Source of the DNA: an uncultured Gammaproteobacteria bacterium
Lineage (GTDB): Bacteria; Patescibacteriota; Microgenomatia; Levybacterales; UBA12049
Length of the DNA: 64,000 bases
NCBI GenBank assembly: GCA_964503265.1
Contig: CAZCYO010000003.1
Coordinates: 91,575 to 155,574, forward strand
Direction: 5' to 3'
Position numbers and translations under genes: made by a program. The notes beneath the pieces are model-generated. The model had not been told where the DNA came from, made no database searches, and saw only the letters and a program-made list of their open reading frames with translations. This document shows, piece after piece, positions 17,859-26,986 of this stretch; position 1 is the stretch's first letter, and each line of letters begins with the position of its first letter.

Positions 17859-18623
17859 TCAAGAATGTATATCGCTACTTGACCACGATCCTATTGCCGT
17901 TCGTTTAATCGAAAATGCAACTGTTGGAATCCCGATTTTTTCTCCAACCAGGTTTGATAGAGACCTCATATATGTACCACTTGAACAAGTTATCTCAACT
18001 TGAATGATGTAAAAAATTGAAGTAGCGTGGTCCTTTGCAAAAACTGCCCAATTTTTACAAATTTCACCCTGGCGAAAGTCTCCATGAACAAGCTGTATAT
18101 GTTCAATTGCGTAGTTTGCGAGAGCCGCTCCTGTTATTTCTCTCTGTTCGCAGAGTTTGATTGATGTAATGGTAATTTCTTTCTGTGGAAGTGTAATGGT
18201 ATGTAATAAATCTTTACGTGCCCAATAGTAAAGTGGTTTTCCGTGTACTGGTTTTGAAGAATAGGGTGGGTATGTCAGCGTATTAAGGTTTTTAAGTTCA
18301 TGGATTTCTTTTATGCTGTTATCTCGATCGTTCGCTAATGGAACTGATACACGATTGATAAGCCCAAGTAAGTCATAGCTGTCGGTAGATACTCCTAGGA
18401 GAATATCTACTACATATGTTTTAGATACATTTTCATATTCTTTCCTTTTTTTATTTTCTGCACCAATTAGTAATATGAGCAACCCTTCAGCCATAGGATC
18501 AAGTCTTCCAGCATAACTAATCGTTTCAGAAGTTAATTTTGGGTTATTCTTTTTGAGATTTTCAATAGTTTCTAGTGGTGTCTCACCAAGTTTCTTATTA
18601 GCAATGATATATTTTTTTAGCAT
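17859..18623 (-). CDS. truB: tRNA pseudouridine(55) synthase
   Basis: YAGRLDPMAEGLLILLIG (catalytic Asp motif), KTYVVDILLGVSTDSYDLLG and a PUA-like C-terminus. Confidence 0.8.
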   Translation of the reverse strand: MLKKYIIANKKLGETPLETIENLKKNNPKLTSETISYAGRLDPMAEGLLILLIGAENKKRKEYENVSKTYVVDILLGVSTDSYDLLGLINRVSVPLANDRDNSIKEIHELKNLNTLTYPPYSSKPVHGKPLYYWARKDLLHTITLPQKEITITSIKLCEQREITGAALANYAIEHIQLVHGDFRQGEICKNWAVFAKDHATSIFYIIQVEITCSSGTYMRSLSNLVGEKIGIPTVAFSIKRTAIGSWSSSDIHS

Positions 18624-18701
18624 AAATACATTTTACTATATAAAGAAAATTGTTGTTTGGTCGTGAATATGATAGATATATAGTTGAGTTAAAATAAATC
18701 T

Positions 18702-19439
18702 ATGGCTACGTCACATAGCAGAAAAACAGTACCAAGAACAAAAAAAGAACATACATTCTTCTTTATTGCTTTGTGTATCGTGTTTACTATTTTTTCAGGC
18801 TTCTTTCCTAATTCAGAAACAGATGTGTCTAAGAACATTCGAAAGACACTCTACACATCATCTCAAACTTTTTTTGGAACGTTTTTATCGAAGAAAACTG
18901 AAACGCCACAAGACTTTATGGTAATGCAGGTTTCGATTGGTCAGCAGAAAGTAGTTATTACACCAACACTTCCCCCAGTACAGACAGTAGCAGCAAATTG
19001 GGGGAAAGCAACCCAAATTGATGAACATACCTGGACTATGAAAATTCAATCTGATACACGTATGGCTACAGCACAGGAAATTCTTGCTGCACTTAATAAC
19101 TATCGGCAAGGAAAAGGAAGAGGAAGTGTTTCGTGGGATGACAAGTTAGCAAGTTATGCCCAAGAACGTGCAGCTTTTTTTATCTCAAATGGAAAACTGG
19201 ATGGGCATGCCGGGTTTCAAGACTATATGAACAATGATGGTTTTGGGAAACTAGGATTTAGTTCGTTAGGTGAGAACTCTAGTTATGGCTATTTGCTTGA
19301 AGGAGTTCATTTAATTGAATGGGTATACGCTGGAGATGCTCCACATGATAATAATCAATTAAATAGCGAATGGAGTCATGTGGGAATTGGAGTTAATGGT
19401 ACAGCAACTGATCTTATTTTTGGTGGCCGCAAACGATAA
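18702..19439 (+). CDS. membrane-anchored CAP (SCP/PR-1/Tpx) domain protein
   Basis: N-terminal TM, then ILAALNNYRQGKGRGSVSWDDKLASYAQERAAFF...GHAGF...HLIEWVYAGDAPHDNN...SHVGIGV. Confidence 0.55.
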   Translation: MATSHSRKTVPRTKKEHTFFFIALCIVFTIFSGFFPNSETDVSKNIRKTLYTSSQTFFGTFLSKKTETPQDFMVMQVSIGQQKVVITPTLPPVQTVAANWGKATQIDEHTWTMKIQSDTRMATAQEILAALNNYRQGKGRGSVSWDDKLASYAQERAAFFISNGKLDGHAGFQDYMNNDGFGKLGFSSLGENSSYGYLLEGVHLIEWVYAGDAPHDNNQLNSEWSHVGIGVNGTATDLIFGGRKR

Positions 19440-19515
19440 CTACTCTTAACTAATCCTTACAACTTTTTCATAAAATATTAACCCGCAGAAAGTAAGATAA
19501 CTATTATTAAGCGTT

Positions 19516-19752
19516 ATGCTTAACAGAAAGGAGATACCTATGGCAACAATTGTAAATACAACACCTGCATCTACGACAAATAATGGGAGTAATGGACTCG
19601 GATTTCTTATTGGTGTAATGGTAGTTGTTTTATTAGTGATGGCAGTTCTTTTTTATGGACTTCCATATCTTCGAAACACAGTTAGTAGTACCACACCGCA
19701 AGTAAACCTTCCCGGGAAAATTGATGTAAATGTAAATCAACCAGGCAAATAA
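19516..19752 (+). CDS. small membrane protein (78 aa)
   Basis: A single TM (LGFLIGVMVVVLLVMAVLFYGL) preceded by a GAAAGGAGA RBS. Confidence 0.4.
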   Translation: MLNRKEIPMATIVNTTPASTTNNGSNGLGFLIGVMVVVLLVMAVLFYGLPYLRNTVSSTTPQVNLPGKIDVNVNQPGK

Positions 19753-20004
19753 AGTGATACACGTGGCCTCTCTCGTTTGCCTATCTCTACGGTAACTGGA
19801 CTCCATATCTCGTATGTTAGTTGCGACTCTTTGTGCAATCTAGGTAAATACTGTATCGTTAAAGCGATGAAATTTGACAGGAGAGTGGCTTTCCCTTTCT
19901 CTTGTTTTCTATTGAAAAATCTTTCCTATTCCTTACCGTTTCTTATACATAATCTTAAGTATCTTTATTACACTAAATACAGAAAATTAAAGAAAGGAGG
20001 AAAA

Positions 20005-20097
20005 ATGGAGCGAATACTAACAAAATGGCTTACTAATATCATTCATAACAGTTTTCTTTCTTCTTTCTTTATGGTGCTATCAGCACCCATAAAATAA
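20005..20097 (+). CDS. small ORF (30 aa) with perfect Shine-Dalgarno
   Basis: AAGGAGG sits 6 nt before ATG 20005 and encodes MERILTKWLTNIIHNSFLSSFFMVLSAPIK. It is followed by a strong terminator. The 106-aa ORF-track reading (19777-20097) is unsupported upstream of this ATG. Confidence 0.3.
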   Translation: MERILTKWLTNIIHNSFLSSFFMVLSAPIK

Positions 20098-20121
20098 GAT
20101 ACGTATAAACGATAAAAAACT

Positions 20122-20165
20122 AACAGCAGTATTTTCCAGGCAGGCGGAAAGCACTGCTGTTTTTA
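20122..20165 (+). terminator. Rho-independent terminator
   Basis: 9-bp stem aacagcagt/actgctgtt with an extended lower stem, followed by TTTT (20161-20165). Confidence 0.55.
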
Positions 20166-20183
20166 GTCACCACCTTCTGGCAC

Positions 20184-20212
20184 TTGACAATCATGACTGC
20201 TAATATTATAGT
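20184..20212 (+). promoter_or_regulatory. sigma-70-like promoter for clpB (TTGACA-N17-TATAGT)
   Basis: -35 TTGACA at 20184-20189, 17-nt spacer, -10 TATAGT at 20207-20212. The clpB ATG lies only ~10 nt downstream, so the transcript would be near-leaderless. Confidence 0.4.
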
Positions 20213-20221
20213 ATTCTTACT

Positions 20222-22363
20222 ATGGATAATAATCTGCAAGATCTTCTTAAACCTGTTTCTCCAGAGGAGGCTCTGAAAAAATATACGATTAATCTCACTG
20301 ACTCAGCCAAATCAGGCAAGATCGATCCAGTGATTGGACGCGAGATAGAGATTCGTCGCGTGATGGAAATTCTTTCTCGACGCACGAAAAATAACCCTAT
20401 TTTAATTGGTGATCCAGGAGTTGGGAAAACTGCAATTGTTGAAGGACTTGCACAAAAAATTATAGAAGGAGCAGTTCCAACGACGCTTAAAGATAAACAG
20501 CTTATTGTGCTTGATTTCGCACAACTACTTGCTGGAGCGAAATTCAGAGGTGAATTTGAAGAGCGTTTTAAAGCAGTGATTAAAGCTGTAGAAGACGGAG
20601 ACGGGAAATATATTATTTTTATTGATGAACTACATACCTTAGTTGGTGGAGGTGCAGCAGAGGGGTCAGTGGATGCTGCCAATATTTTAAAGCCATCTCT
20701 TGCTCGGGGAACGATGCGAATGATTGGAGCGACGACGATAACAGAATATCGAAAATATATTGAGAAAGATCCAGCATTAGCTCGACGTTTTCAGCCGGTT
20801 ACCGTTGATGAACCCACAGTCGAAGATGCGATTTCGATTTTGCGAGGAATTAAAGAAAAATATGAACTTCATCATGGTATTCGTATTACTGACAATGCGC
20901 TTATTGCAGCTGCAAAACTTTCAGCTCAATATATCCCACATCGGTTCTTACCGGATAAGGCAATTGATTTAGTTGATGAGGCAGCGGCAAGTATAAAAAT
21001 TGAAGCTGAAAGTATGCCGACAGAACTGGACGGATTAAAACGACATATGACACAGATTGAAATAGAACTCGCTGCACTCAAAAAAGAAAATACAGAAATG
21101 GCCAAACTCCGCCGCGAGCAGCAGGAAAAAGAACTTGCATCACTTACGGAAAAAGCATCGGGTATAGAAAAACGCTGGTCGGAACAAAAAGAAATCATCA
21201 AAAAAATTCAAAGTATGCGCGCGAGAATAGATGCACATCGTATTGAACTTGAAAAAGCAGAGCGGGAAGTTGATTTACAAAAAGCTGCCGAAATTAAATA
21301 TGGAAAACTTCCTGAAATGGAAAAAGAGTTGAAAGCGCTTACCGAAGATTGGCTGAAAATTCCGGTTGAGAACCGTGTACTCAGAGAGGAAGTAGACGAA
21401 GAAGATATCGCACGTGTCGTGGCGCGGTGGACTGGCATCCCTGTTACGCGGATGCTTGCTTCAGAATCTGAACGACTTTCCCATCTGGATGAAGAGTTAA
21501 AAAAACGTGTCGTTGGACAAGATAAAGCTGTTGATGTCGTTAGTCGAGCTGTGAGACGTTCGCGCTCTGGACTTGGAGCTAAAAATCGACCGATCGGTTC
21601 ATTTCTTTTCTTAGGACCCACAGGAGTTGGAAAAACTGAAACTGCTAAAGCGTTGGCACAGGTTCTTTTCAGTGATGACCATGCGATGACACGAATTGAC
21701 ATGAGTGAATATATGGAGTCACATGCAGTGGCTAGACTAATCGGGGCGCCTCCGGGATATGTCGGCTATGAAGAGGGTGGACAACTCACGGAAGCAGTGA
21801 GACGTAAACCCTATTCAGTTATTCTGTTTGATGAAATCGAAAAAGCACATCCGTCCGTGTTTAATGTGTTTCTCCAGATTTTTGATGAGGGAAGACTCAC
21901 TGATAGTAAAGGTGTGACGGTTGATTTTAAAAATACAATTATCATTATGACAAGCAATTTAGCAGGCGATATTATTCGGGAAGAAACTGGTAACTCGAAA
22001 GAAAAAGAGACGAAAGTATGGGAAGTATTACATACGTATTTTAAGCCGGAGTTTCTTAACCGCCTTGACTCAGTTGTTATCTATAATGCGTTATCTCCAA
22101 AGGATTTACTCAGCATTGCTGATGCGCAGTTAAAAGAAGTAGTCATTAGAATGGCTGAGAATGATATCACGCTAAAGATATCAGATGAGCTAGTTATGTA
22201 CTTTGCTGAAATTGGATTTGATCCAATTTTTGGCGCCCGCCCATTGCGACGTGCGATTGAAGAGAAATTGGTTGACGAAATAGCACTGAAGCTTATTGAC
22301 GGAAATAGTAAACCAGGCGATACACTTGAACCTACAATAAAGGATGGTAAAGTAATCCTCTAA
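20222..22363 (+). CDS. clpB: ClpB-type AAA+ disaggregase lacking the N-terminal domain
   Basis: Two AAA modules (GDPGVGKTAIVEGLAQKI and LGPTGVGKTETAKALA), a long coiled-coil M-domain between them and sensor-2 GARPLRR. The protein starts at the position equivalent to ClpB-80. Confidence 0.85.
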   Translation: MDNNLQDLLKPVSPEEALKKYTINLTDSAKSGKIDPVIGREIEIRRVMEILSRRTKNNPILIGDPGVGKTAIVEGLAQKIIEGAVPTTLKDKQLIVLDFAQLLAGAKFRGEFEERFKAVIKAVEDGDGKYIIFIDELHTLVGGGAAEGSVDAANILKPSLARGTMRMIGATTITEYRKYIEKDPALARRFQPVTVDEPTVEDAISILRGIKEKYELHHGIRITDNALIAAAKLSAQYIPHRFLPDKAIDLVDEAAASIKIEAESMPTELDGLKRHMTQIEIELAALKKENTEMAKLRREQQEKELASLTEKASGIEKRWSEQKEIIKKIQSMRARIDAHRIELEKAEREVDLQKAAEIKYGKLPEMEKELKALTEDWLKIPVENRVLREEVDEEDIARVVARWTGIPVTRMLASESERLSHLDEELKKRVVGQDKAVDVVSRAVRRSRSGLGAKNRPIGSFLFLGPTGVGKTETAKALAQVLFSDDHAMTRIDMSEYMESHAVARLIGAPPGYVGYEEGGQLTEAVRRKPYSVILFDEIEKAHPSVFNVFLQIFDEGRLTDSKGVTVDFKNTIIIMTSNLAGDIIREETGNSKEKETKVWEVLHTYFKPEFLNRLDSVVIYNALSPKDLLSIADAQLKEVVIRMAENDITLKISDELVMYFAEIGFDPIFGARPLRRAIEEKLVDEIALKLIDGNSKPGDTLEPTIKDGKVIL

Positions 22364-22395
22364 CTACTTTTCTAAAGATACCGTATAATACCTCT

Positions 22396-22995
22396 ATGGA
22401 AAAATGTAAGAACTGTGGAACTCCTTTGATTGTTAAGCAAACAAAAAAGACGCCCGAGCAACTATTGAAATCGTATTATTACACGGCTTATTATCTTTGT
22501 CCGAACTGTCATAAGTTATATCATAACGATAAATTTAAGGTAGAAAATGCGAATCTCTTTACTCCTCCAGAGATCGACTTAAAAGATATTGATGTCGAGA
22601 TCTGGACAGACGGAGCATGTTCAAATAACGGTCGTCCGACAGCTAAAGCATCATGGGCATTTGTTTCTGGAGCGTATGAAGCGGCAGGACTTGTGGAAGG
22701 AAAGCAAACGAACAATACCGGTGAGGGATTTGCAATTCTTTATGCTCTTATCTGGGCTTCTAGTAATGGCTATAAAACAATTAAAATATGTTCAGATAGT
22801 CAAATATCATTGAATAATTTGAAAAAACCCGCGTTTATGGTGAAAGAGAATAGAGAGTTATTTGAAAAAATTGAAAACCTCATTAAAGAGAAAGACTTAA
22901 TAGTAGCATATGAGAAAGTCCCAGGGCATTCTGATAATGTAAATAACAATCGAGCCGATAAATTAGCTAATGGGTTAGTTGGAATAAAATCGTAA
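22396..22995 (+). CDS. rnhA: ribonuclease HI fused to an N-terminal C4 zinc ribbon
   Basis: CKNCG...CPNCH (22405-22509), then RNase H1 motifs WTDGACSNNG, TNNTGEGFAILYAL, CSDSQIS and VPGHSDNVNNNRADKLA. The DEDD residues are intact. Confidence 0.75.
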   Translation: MEKCKNCGTPLIVKQTKKTPEQLLKSYYYTAYYLCPNCHKLYHNDKFKVENANLFTPPEIDLKDIDVEIWTDGACSNNGRPTAKASWAFVSGAYEAAGLVEGKQTNNTGEGFAILYALIWASSNGYKTIKICSDSQISLNNLKKPAFMVKENRELFEKIENLIKEKDLIVAYEKVPGHSDNVNNNRADKLANGLVGIKS

Positions 22996-23036
22996 GAGTT
23001 GTGATATATGATTGACTTGTTAATAAAAATTTACTA

Positions 23037-23480
23037 TTGTTAGTGCAGATGAAATCTATTTATAAACTTCTCGTCACTATTCTCCCATCAGAGTCTGTAT
23101 CCGCACATTGTGATGTGCCGTGCGGTATCTATGATCCAAAAGCTGCGCAAGTGGCTGCATCGACTGTTTTAAAGATGGTCCAGATTATTACTGGTATTGA
23201 TCAAACGAATAAAAATATAAAAGATCGAAACACCTTAATTCGCGCAATAATGACGAAGGAAGAGCACGCACAGAAATGTAAAGAAGAATTACTTATTCTC
23301 TGGACAGATTATTTTAAACCAGAGCATCTCGAGAAATTTCCAAATCTCCATGAAACATTTTGGAATGCGGCAAAGCTTTGTTCGAAAAACAAACAAGATG
23401 TTAGTGAAGAACTGGCGCAACAATTAGTCGATGCAGTCCATGAAATTTCCCACATTTTTGAAGAATCAAAAGCAAAATAA
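23037..23480 (+). CDS. sodN: nickel superoxide dismutase precursor
   Basis: Propeptide ending ...SVSA, then Ni-hook HCDVPCGIYDP (23106-23138). LWTDYFKPEHLEKFPNLH closely matches Streptomyces Ni-SOD. Confidence 0.85.
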   Translation: MLVQMKSIYKLLVTILPSESVSAHCDVPCGIYDPKAAQVAASTVLKMVQIITGIDQTNKNIKDRNTLIRAIMTKEEHAQKCKEELLILWTDYFKPEHLEKFPNLHETFWNAAKLCSKNKQDVSEELAQQLVDAVHEISHIFEESKAK

Positions 23481-23796
23481 TTTCTTCTTTTTTTTACTAT
23501 CACTTTGTCCACTACGATCTTTTACGGTTACCGGTATCAGTATGATACCAACGTATAAAGAGCACGACAAACTTCTCGTGAGCACTCTTCATTATTGGTT
23601 TTTTACACCAAAAATCGGAGACTGTGTCGTACTCACTCATCCTAAGACAAAACAAAAAATAGTTAAACGCATTACTGCCATTGATAAGAAAAAGATTTTT
23701 GTTCTTGGAGATAATACGCGTAACAGTACTGATAGTCGAACCTTCGGATTTATAACGAAGAAACACATTATCGGGAAAGTCATTTATCCTGTATAA
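23431..23796 (+). CDS. sodX: Ni-SOD maturation peptidase (S26 signal-peptidase-like)
   Basis: GISMIPT (Ser nucleophile box), IVKRITAID (Lys box) and GDNTRNSTDSR (box E). It overlaps the sodN 3' end. The start is 23431 or 23440. Confidence 0.7.
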   Translation: MQSMKFPTFLKNQKQNNFFFFLLSLCPLRSFTVTGISMIPTYKEHDKLLVSTLHYWFFTPKIGDCVVLTHPKTKQKIVKRITAIDKKKIFVLGDNTRNSTDSRTFGFITKKHIIGKVIYPV

Positions 23797-23798
23797 TT

Positions 23799-24362
23799 GT
23801 GTTAATGGTATTCTTACTGACACAAGTGTTCATCCTGCTTATTGTTATCGCTCTTCTCTATCTGCTGACATGGTTTTGGCCGCCAGATAGCCCCTGGGCA
23901 CCGTGGTGGAAAACATCTGGGAAACTTGCACCGACAATTAAACGATTAACTAATCTTAAGAAATCAGACGTAGTGTACGAACTAGGGTCAGGTGATGCCG
24001 AAGCAATGATTACGGTATCTCAGAAATATGGTAATAGATATGTGGGAATAGAGGTTGATCCATGGAGAGTTTTTACCGCGCGTATTCGAGCGAAGAGAGC
24101 CGGTGTTACAGACCGCGTTCTATTCATCAAAAAGAATTTTTTTGACGTACCACTAAATGATGCGACTATTGTTTATGTTTATCTTATTCCTAAAACATTA
24201 TTGAAGTTAAAGAAAAAATTACTAAAAGAACTTGCTCCCGGTACAAAGGTTATTAGTTATCGTTACCCAATTAGTTATCTTCCTCAAATCGGAGAAGATA
24301 AAAAATCAGGGCTTTTTGTATATGAGATTCCGATGTTAAAAAAGCCGCTCGCTAAAAAATAA
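23799..24362 (+). CDS. class I SAM-dependent methyltransferase with N-terminal TM anchor
   Basis: VVYELGSGDAEAM (motif I) and a later acidic motif-II-like residue. Small, 187 aa. Confidence 0.5.
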   Translation: MLMVFLLTQVFILLIVIALLYLLTWFWPPDSPWAPWWKTSGKLAPTIKRLTNLKKSDVVYELGSGDAEAMITVSQKYGNRYVGIEVDPWRVFTARIRAKRAGVTDRVLFIKKNFFDVPLNDATIVYVYLIPKTLLKLKKKLLKELAPGTKVISYRYPISYLPQIGEDKKSGLFVYEIPMLKKPLAKK

Positions 24363-24363
24363 A

Positions 24364-25974
24364 TTATTGGACTTGCTCAAGCTGTGTGAGAATTGGTTGA
24401 AAAGCTGGATTCTTTTGTACAATTTCTTTTATTCGATTTATAATTTCCTGTTGTTTTACCGTACTATTCTCACCTTTATAGATGGAAAAAAGTTTAAAGT
24501 ATGCCAAGTAAAAATATGGATCTATCGTGAGTGCTGCACGATATTCTTTTTCAGCAGAAACGAGATCTCCCAGATCAGCGTGGGTGTTTGCTAAATTATA
24601 GTGTGTTTGTGGATAGAAATCACCTAACTTAATTGCTTCTTTATACATGATAACTGCTTTGCTTTGTTCCCCAGCGTCTGCATAACTCATCGCGAGATTA
24701 TTATAAATCCGAGCACTTTGTGTGTACTTAATTGTTTGTGAGTAAAACGTAATCGGATCATGCCACTCTGCATTTCGGTACATTGTTCGGATGCTTAATG
24801 CTCCCATAAGCAGAATGATCGTGACAATTAGTATTGCTTGGAAAATTTTAGGGAGATGAGTAAGAAGAAAATAGAAAACATATGAGAAAAAAAGAAAAAA
24901 ACCGACAGATGGATAATAGAAAAAATGCTCAAAGAAAATACCGTTAATTGGAATTATTCCACTAGTTGGAATAAATGCTGTAAAGAAAAAAAGAAATGAA
25001 AACAGCGGAATGACGGATCTATTATACCAATAAAAAGAACCTGCTGCGATTCCACAGATGAAGAGAAGCACTGTTACGGTAAGGAGATTTGGATTCGCTA
25101 CAATATCTGCTGATCGATCAATAAATAATAGTTTCGGATAAAAGATAAGACCAATATACTGTGGAAGGAGGGCTAAAAACGTAATTAACCGAACAAGCAA
25201 ACTATCTGAATAAATATTATGATTATTATAAAAGTTAAGTGTGTTCGCAAAATTAAGAATTGTTAAACGAAGAAAAATATAACCGATATTTATTCCGATA
25301 AATGGTCCAGCAATTTTTAATGATTCACTAATATATTTTTTTGCAATGGTTTTTTTATCAGCCATATGACAAAGAAAAATAATGAGGGGAGTGATTATTG
25401 TTAGTTCTTTAGAGAGAAGCGCACAGATAAAAAATACTACAGCAGCAATTTTCCCACGAAGAGATATGCTAAAAGAAAAATATATAGTGAGTAGCATGAA
25501 AAACATTCCCATCGGATCGCCTCTGCCCGACACATATGCGACAGCTTCAGTTTGAATAGGATGAATGATAAAGAGAATACTTGTCAGTAATGCAATGCTA
25601 TTATTTTTAAATAGTTTAACAAGTAAGATATACAACAAAATTCCAGACCCTGCATGAAAGAGCAGATTCGTCAGATGATAAAGAAACGCTGAATTACCAA
25701 CCAAAAGATGCTCTATTCCAAACGACAACAATAACAGAGGACGATAATAATTACTCACGACTCCTGCTCCTGCATCTACATTTTTAGTGAAAAAATTCAG
25801 GACATCAAATGATTGAACAAAGATGTTTTTATAGAGGAATTGCTCGTCATCATAAAATAGTCCATTTCCAAGCGTATTAGCGTAGACAAAAAACGTGAGA
25901 AAAAAAAGAAACGTTGCGATGTATAGTATGTGAATTTTTTCAAGTTTTTGGAGAATTGGCAGAAGTTCTTTCAT
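24364..25974 (-). CDS. GT-C-like polytopic membrane protein with C-terminal TPR repeats (TMTC/DUF1736-like)
   Basis: N-terminal FVYANTLGNGLFYDDEQFL motif, about 10 TM helices, and a C-terminal TPR region (AMSYADAGEQSKAVIMYKEAIKLGDFYPQTHYNLANTHADLGDLVSAEKEYRAAL). Confidence 0.55.
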   Translation of the reverse strand: MKELLPILQKLEKIHILYIATFLFFLTFFVYANTLGNGLFYDDEQFLYKNIFVQSFDVLNFFTKNVDAGAGVVSNYYRPLLLLSFGIEHLLVGNSAFLYHLTNLLFHAGSGILLYILLVKLFKNNSIALLTSILFIIHPIQTEAVAYVSGRGDPMGMFFMLLTIYFSFSISLRGKIAAVVFFICALLSKELTIITPLIIFLCHMADKKTIAKKYISESLKIAGPFIGINIGYIFLRLTILNFANTLNFYNNHNIYSDSLLVRLITFLALLPQYIGLIFYPKLLFIDRSADIVANPNLLTVTVLLFICGIAAGSFYWYNRSVIPLFSFLFFFTAFIPTSGIIPINGIFFEHFFYYPSVGFFLFFSYVFYFLLTHLPKIFQAILIVTIILLMGALSIRTMYRNAEWHDPITFYSQTIKYTQSARIYNNLAMSYADAGEQSKAVIMYKEAIKLGDFYPQTHYNLANTHADLGDLVSAEKEYRAALTIDPYFYLAYFKLFSIYKGENSTVKQQEIINRIKEIVQKNPAFQPILTQLEQVQ

Positions 25975-25978
25975 GAGG

Positions 25979-26986
25979 TTATGGTTTTAGGCGGAGAAGT
26001 ATCCAACGCACTTTATCAGTCAGTAGATATAACTGATAAAGTAACGGGTGAATAACGAAGTCAATTGTTCCGCTAAATTCTGTCAAAACTCCTCCATATC
26101 CTTCTTTAAAACGATGAAAGCCCATTTGCGGATCTTTCGGATCAGCATCGGGAGGAAGAGCACCCCACATGTCAAATGATTTAGCACCATGTTCTTTACC
26201 CCATTTAATTACCTCCCACATCATAAGATTGGAAGCCATTACTTCTCGATTTTCATTACTAGATGCACCGTAAGGATAATATAAAACATTATTAAAAAGA
26301 AAAACAATCCACGTCACAAGTGTTTTATTATCATATGTTGCGGTAAAGAGATGGGCTATACCAGACGATGAGAGGATTTTCCACATTGTTCGATGATATG
26401 CTTCGTTATGAGCGAAGAATTTTTGTCGTTTCGTGGTCTCAAATGTTAAGCGTAAATACTCAGTAAATGCTTTTTCTGAGAAGTCTTCTTGAATCGTGAC
26501 TCCTTTTCTTGCTGCTAAGCGAATGTTATAGCGAGTTTTTTCTTTCATGTTTTTTAGTAATTCCTCTTCTGGTGGAGTAAGGTCGAGAACAAAGCTAAAT
26601 TTTGTAAAAAAACCTTTCTTTGGAATGGATAGTTGCGGGGAAAGTTTTTTCATCTCAAGCGCTGAACTATCTGCCTTGGTAGTATTGGGCTCGAGTCGAA
26701 TGAAAATGCAATGATTTTTTTTTCCAACATCAAATAATGATGAAAGCATCTCGCGATCTGGTTTAGGACCTTTTGGAAAGTATCCGACTGTTAAAGAAGT
26801 CATTGGAAGTTTGTGAATAGTTAGCTGATATCCTCGTACGAGTTTCTCATTGTCGAATTCTCCAAGTCTTACTACTTTTACTCCCATTGTGGAACGAAAT
26901 TCTCCCCAAGCAGATGATTGTAATGGATGTGTCGCAAGGTTATCAAATTGTTCTTTCTCAGTTTCTGTTATTTCTCTAATAATCAT
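25979..26986 (-). CDS. FemAB-family peptidoglycan peptidyltransferase (GNAT fold)
   Basis: MIIREITETEKEQFDN...LQSSAWGEF N-terminus and KEKTRYNIRLAARKGV, matching FemX/FemAB. Start trimmed to the ATG ending at 26986 to limit overlap with uvrD. Confidence 0.6.
   Translation of the reverse strand: MIIREITETEKEQFDNLATHPLQSSAWGEFRSTMGVKVVRLGEFDNEKLVRGYQLTIHKLPMTSLTVGYFPKGPKPDREMLSSLFDVGKKNHCIFIRLEPNTTKADSSALEMKKLSPQLSIPKKGFFTKFSFVLDLTPPEEELLKNMKEKTRYNIRLAARKGVTIQEDFSEKAFTEYLRLTFETTKRQKFFAHNEAYHRTMWKILSSSGIAHLFTATYDNKTLVTWIVFLFNNVLYYPYGASSNENREVMASNLMMWEVIKWGKEHGAKSFDMWGALPPDADPKDPQMGFHRFKEGYGGVLTEFSGTIDFVIHPLLYQLYLLTDKVRWILLRLKP

Noticed and set aside
19777-20097. 106-aa ORF upstream of clpB
   Set aside because: Only the last 30 codons are preceded by a ribosome-binding site (AAGGAGG). 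The upstream 76 codons have no start context and read like non-coding AT-rich sequence. Only the 30-aa ORF (20005-20097) is reported.
20206-21702. Antisense ORFs within clpB (158, 91 and 164 aa, Ser/Ala-rich)
   Set aside because: They lie opposite a highly conserved AAA+ coding sequence and have low-complexity composition, so they are shadow ORFs.
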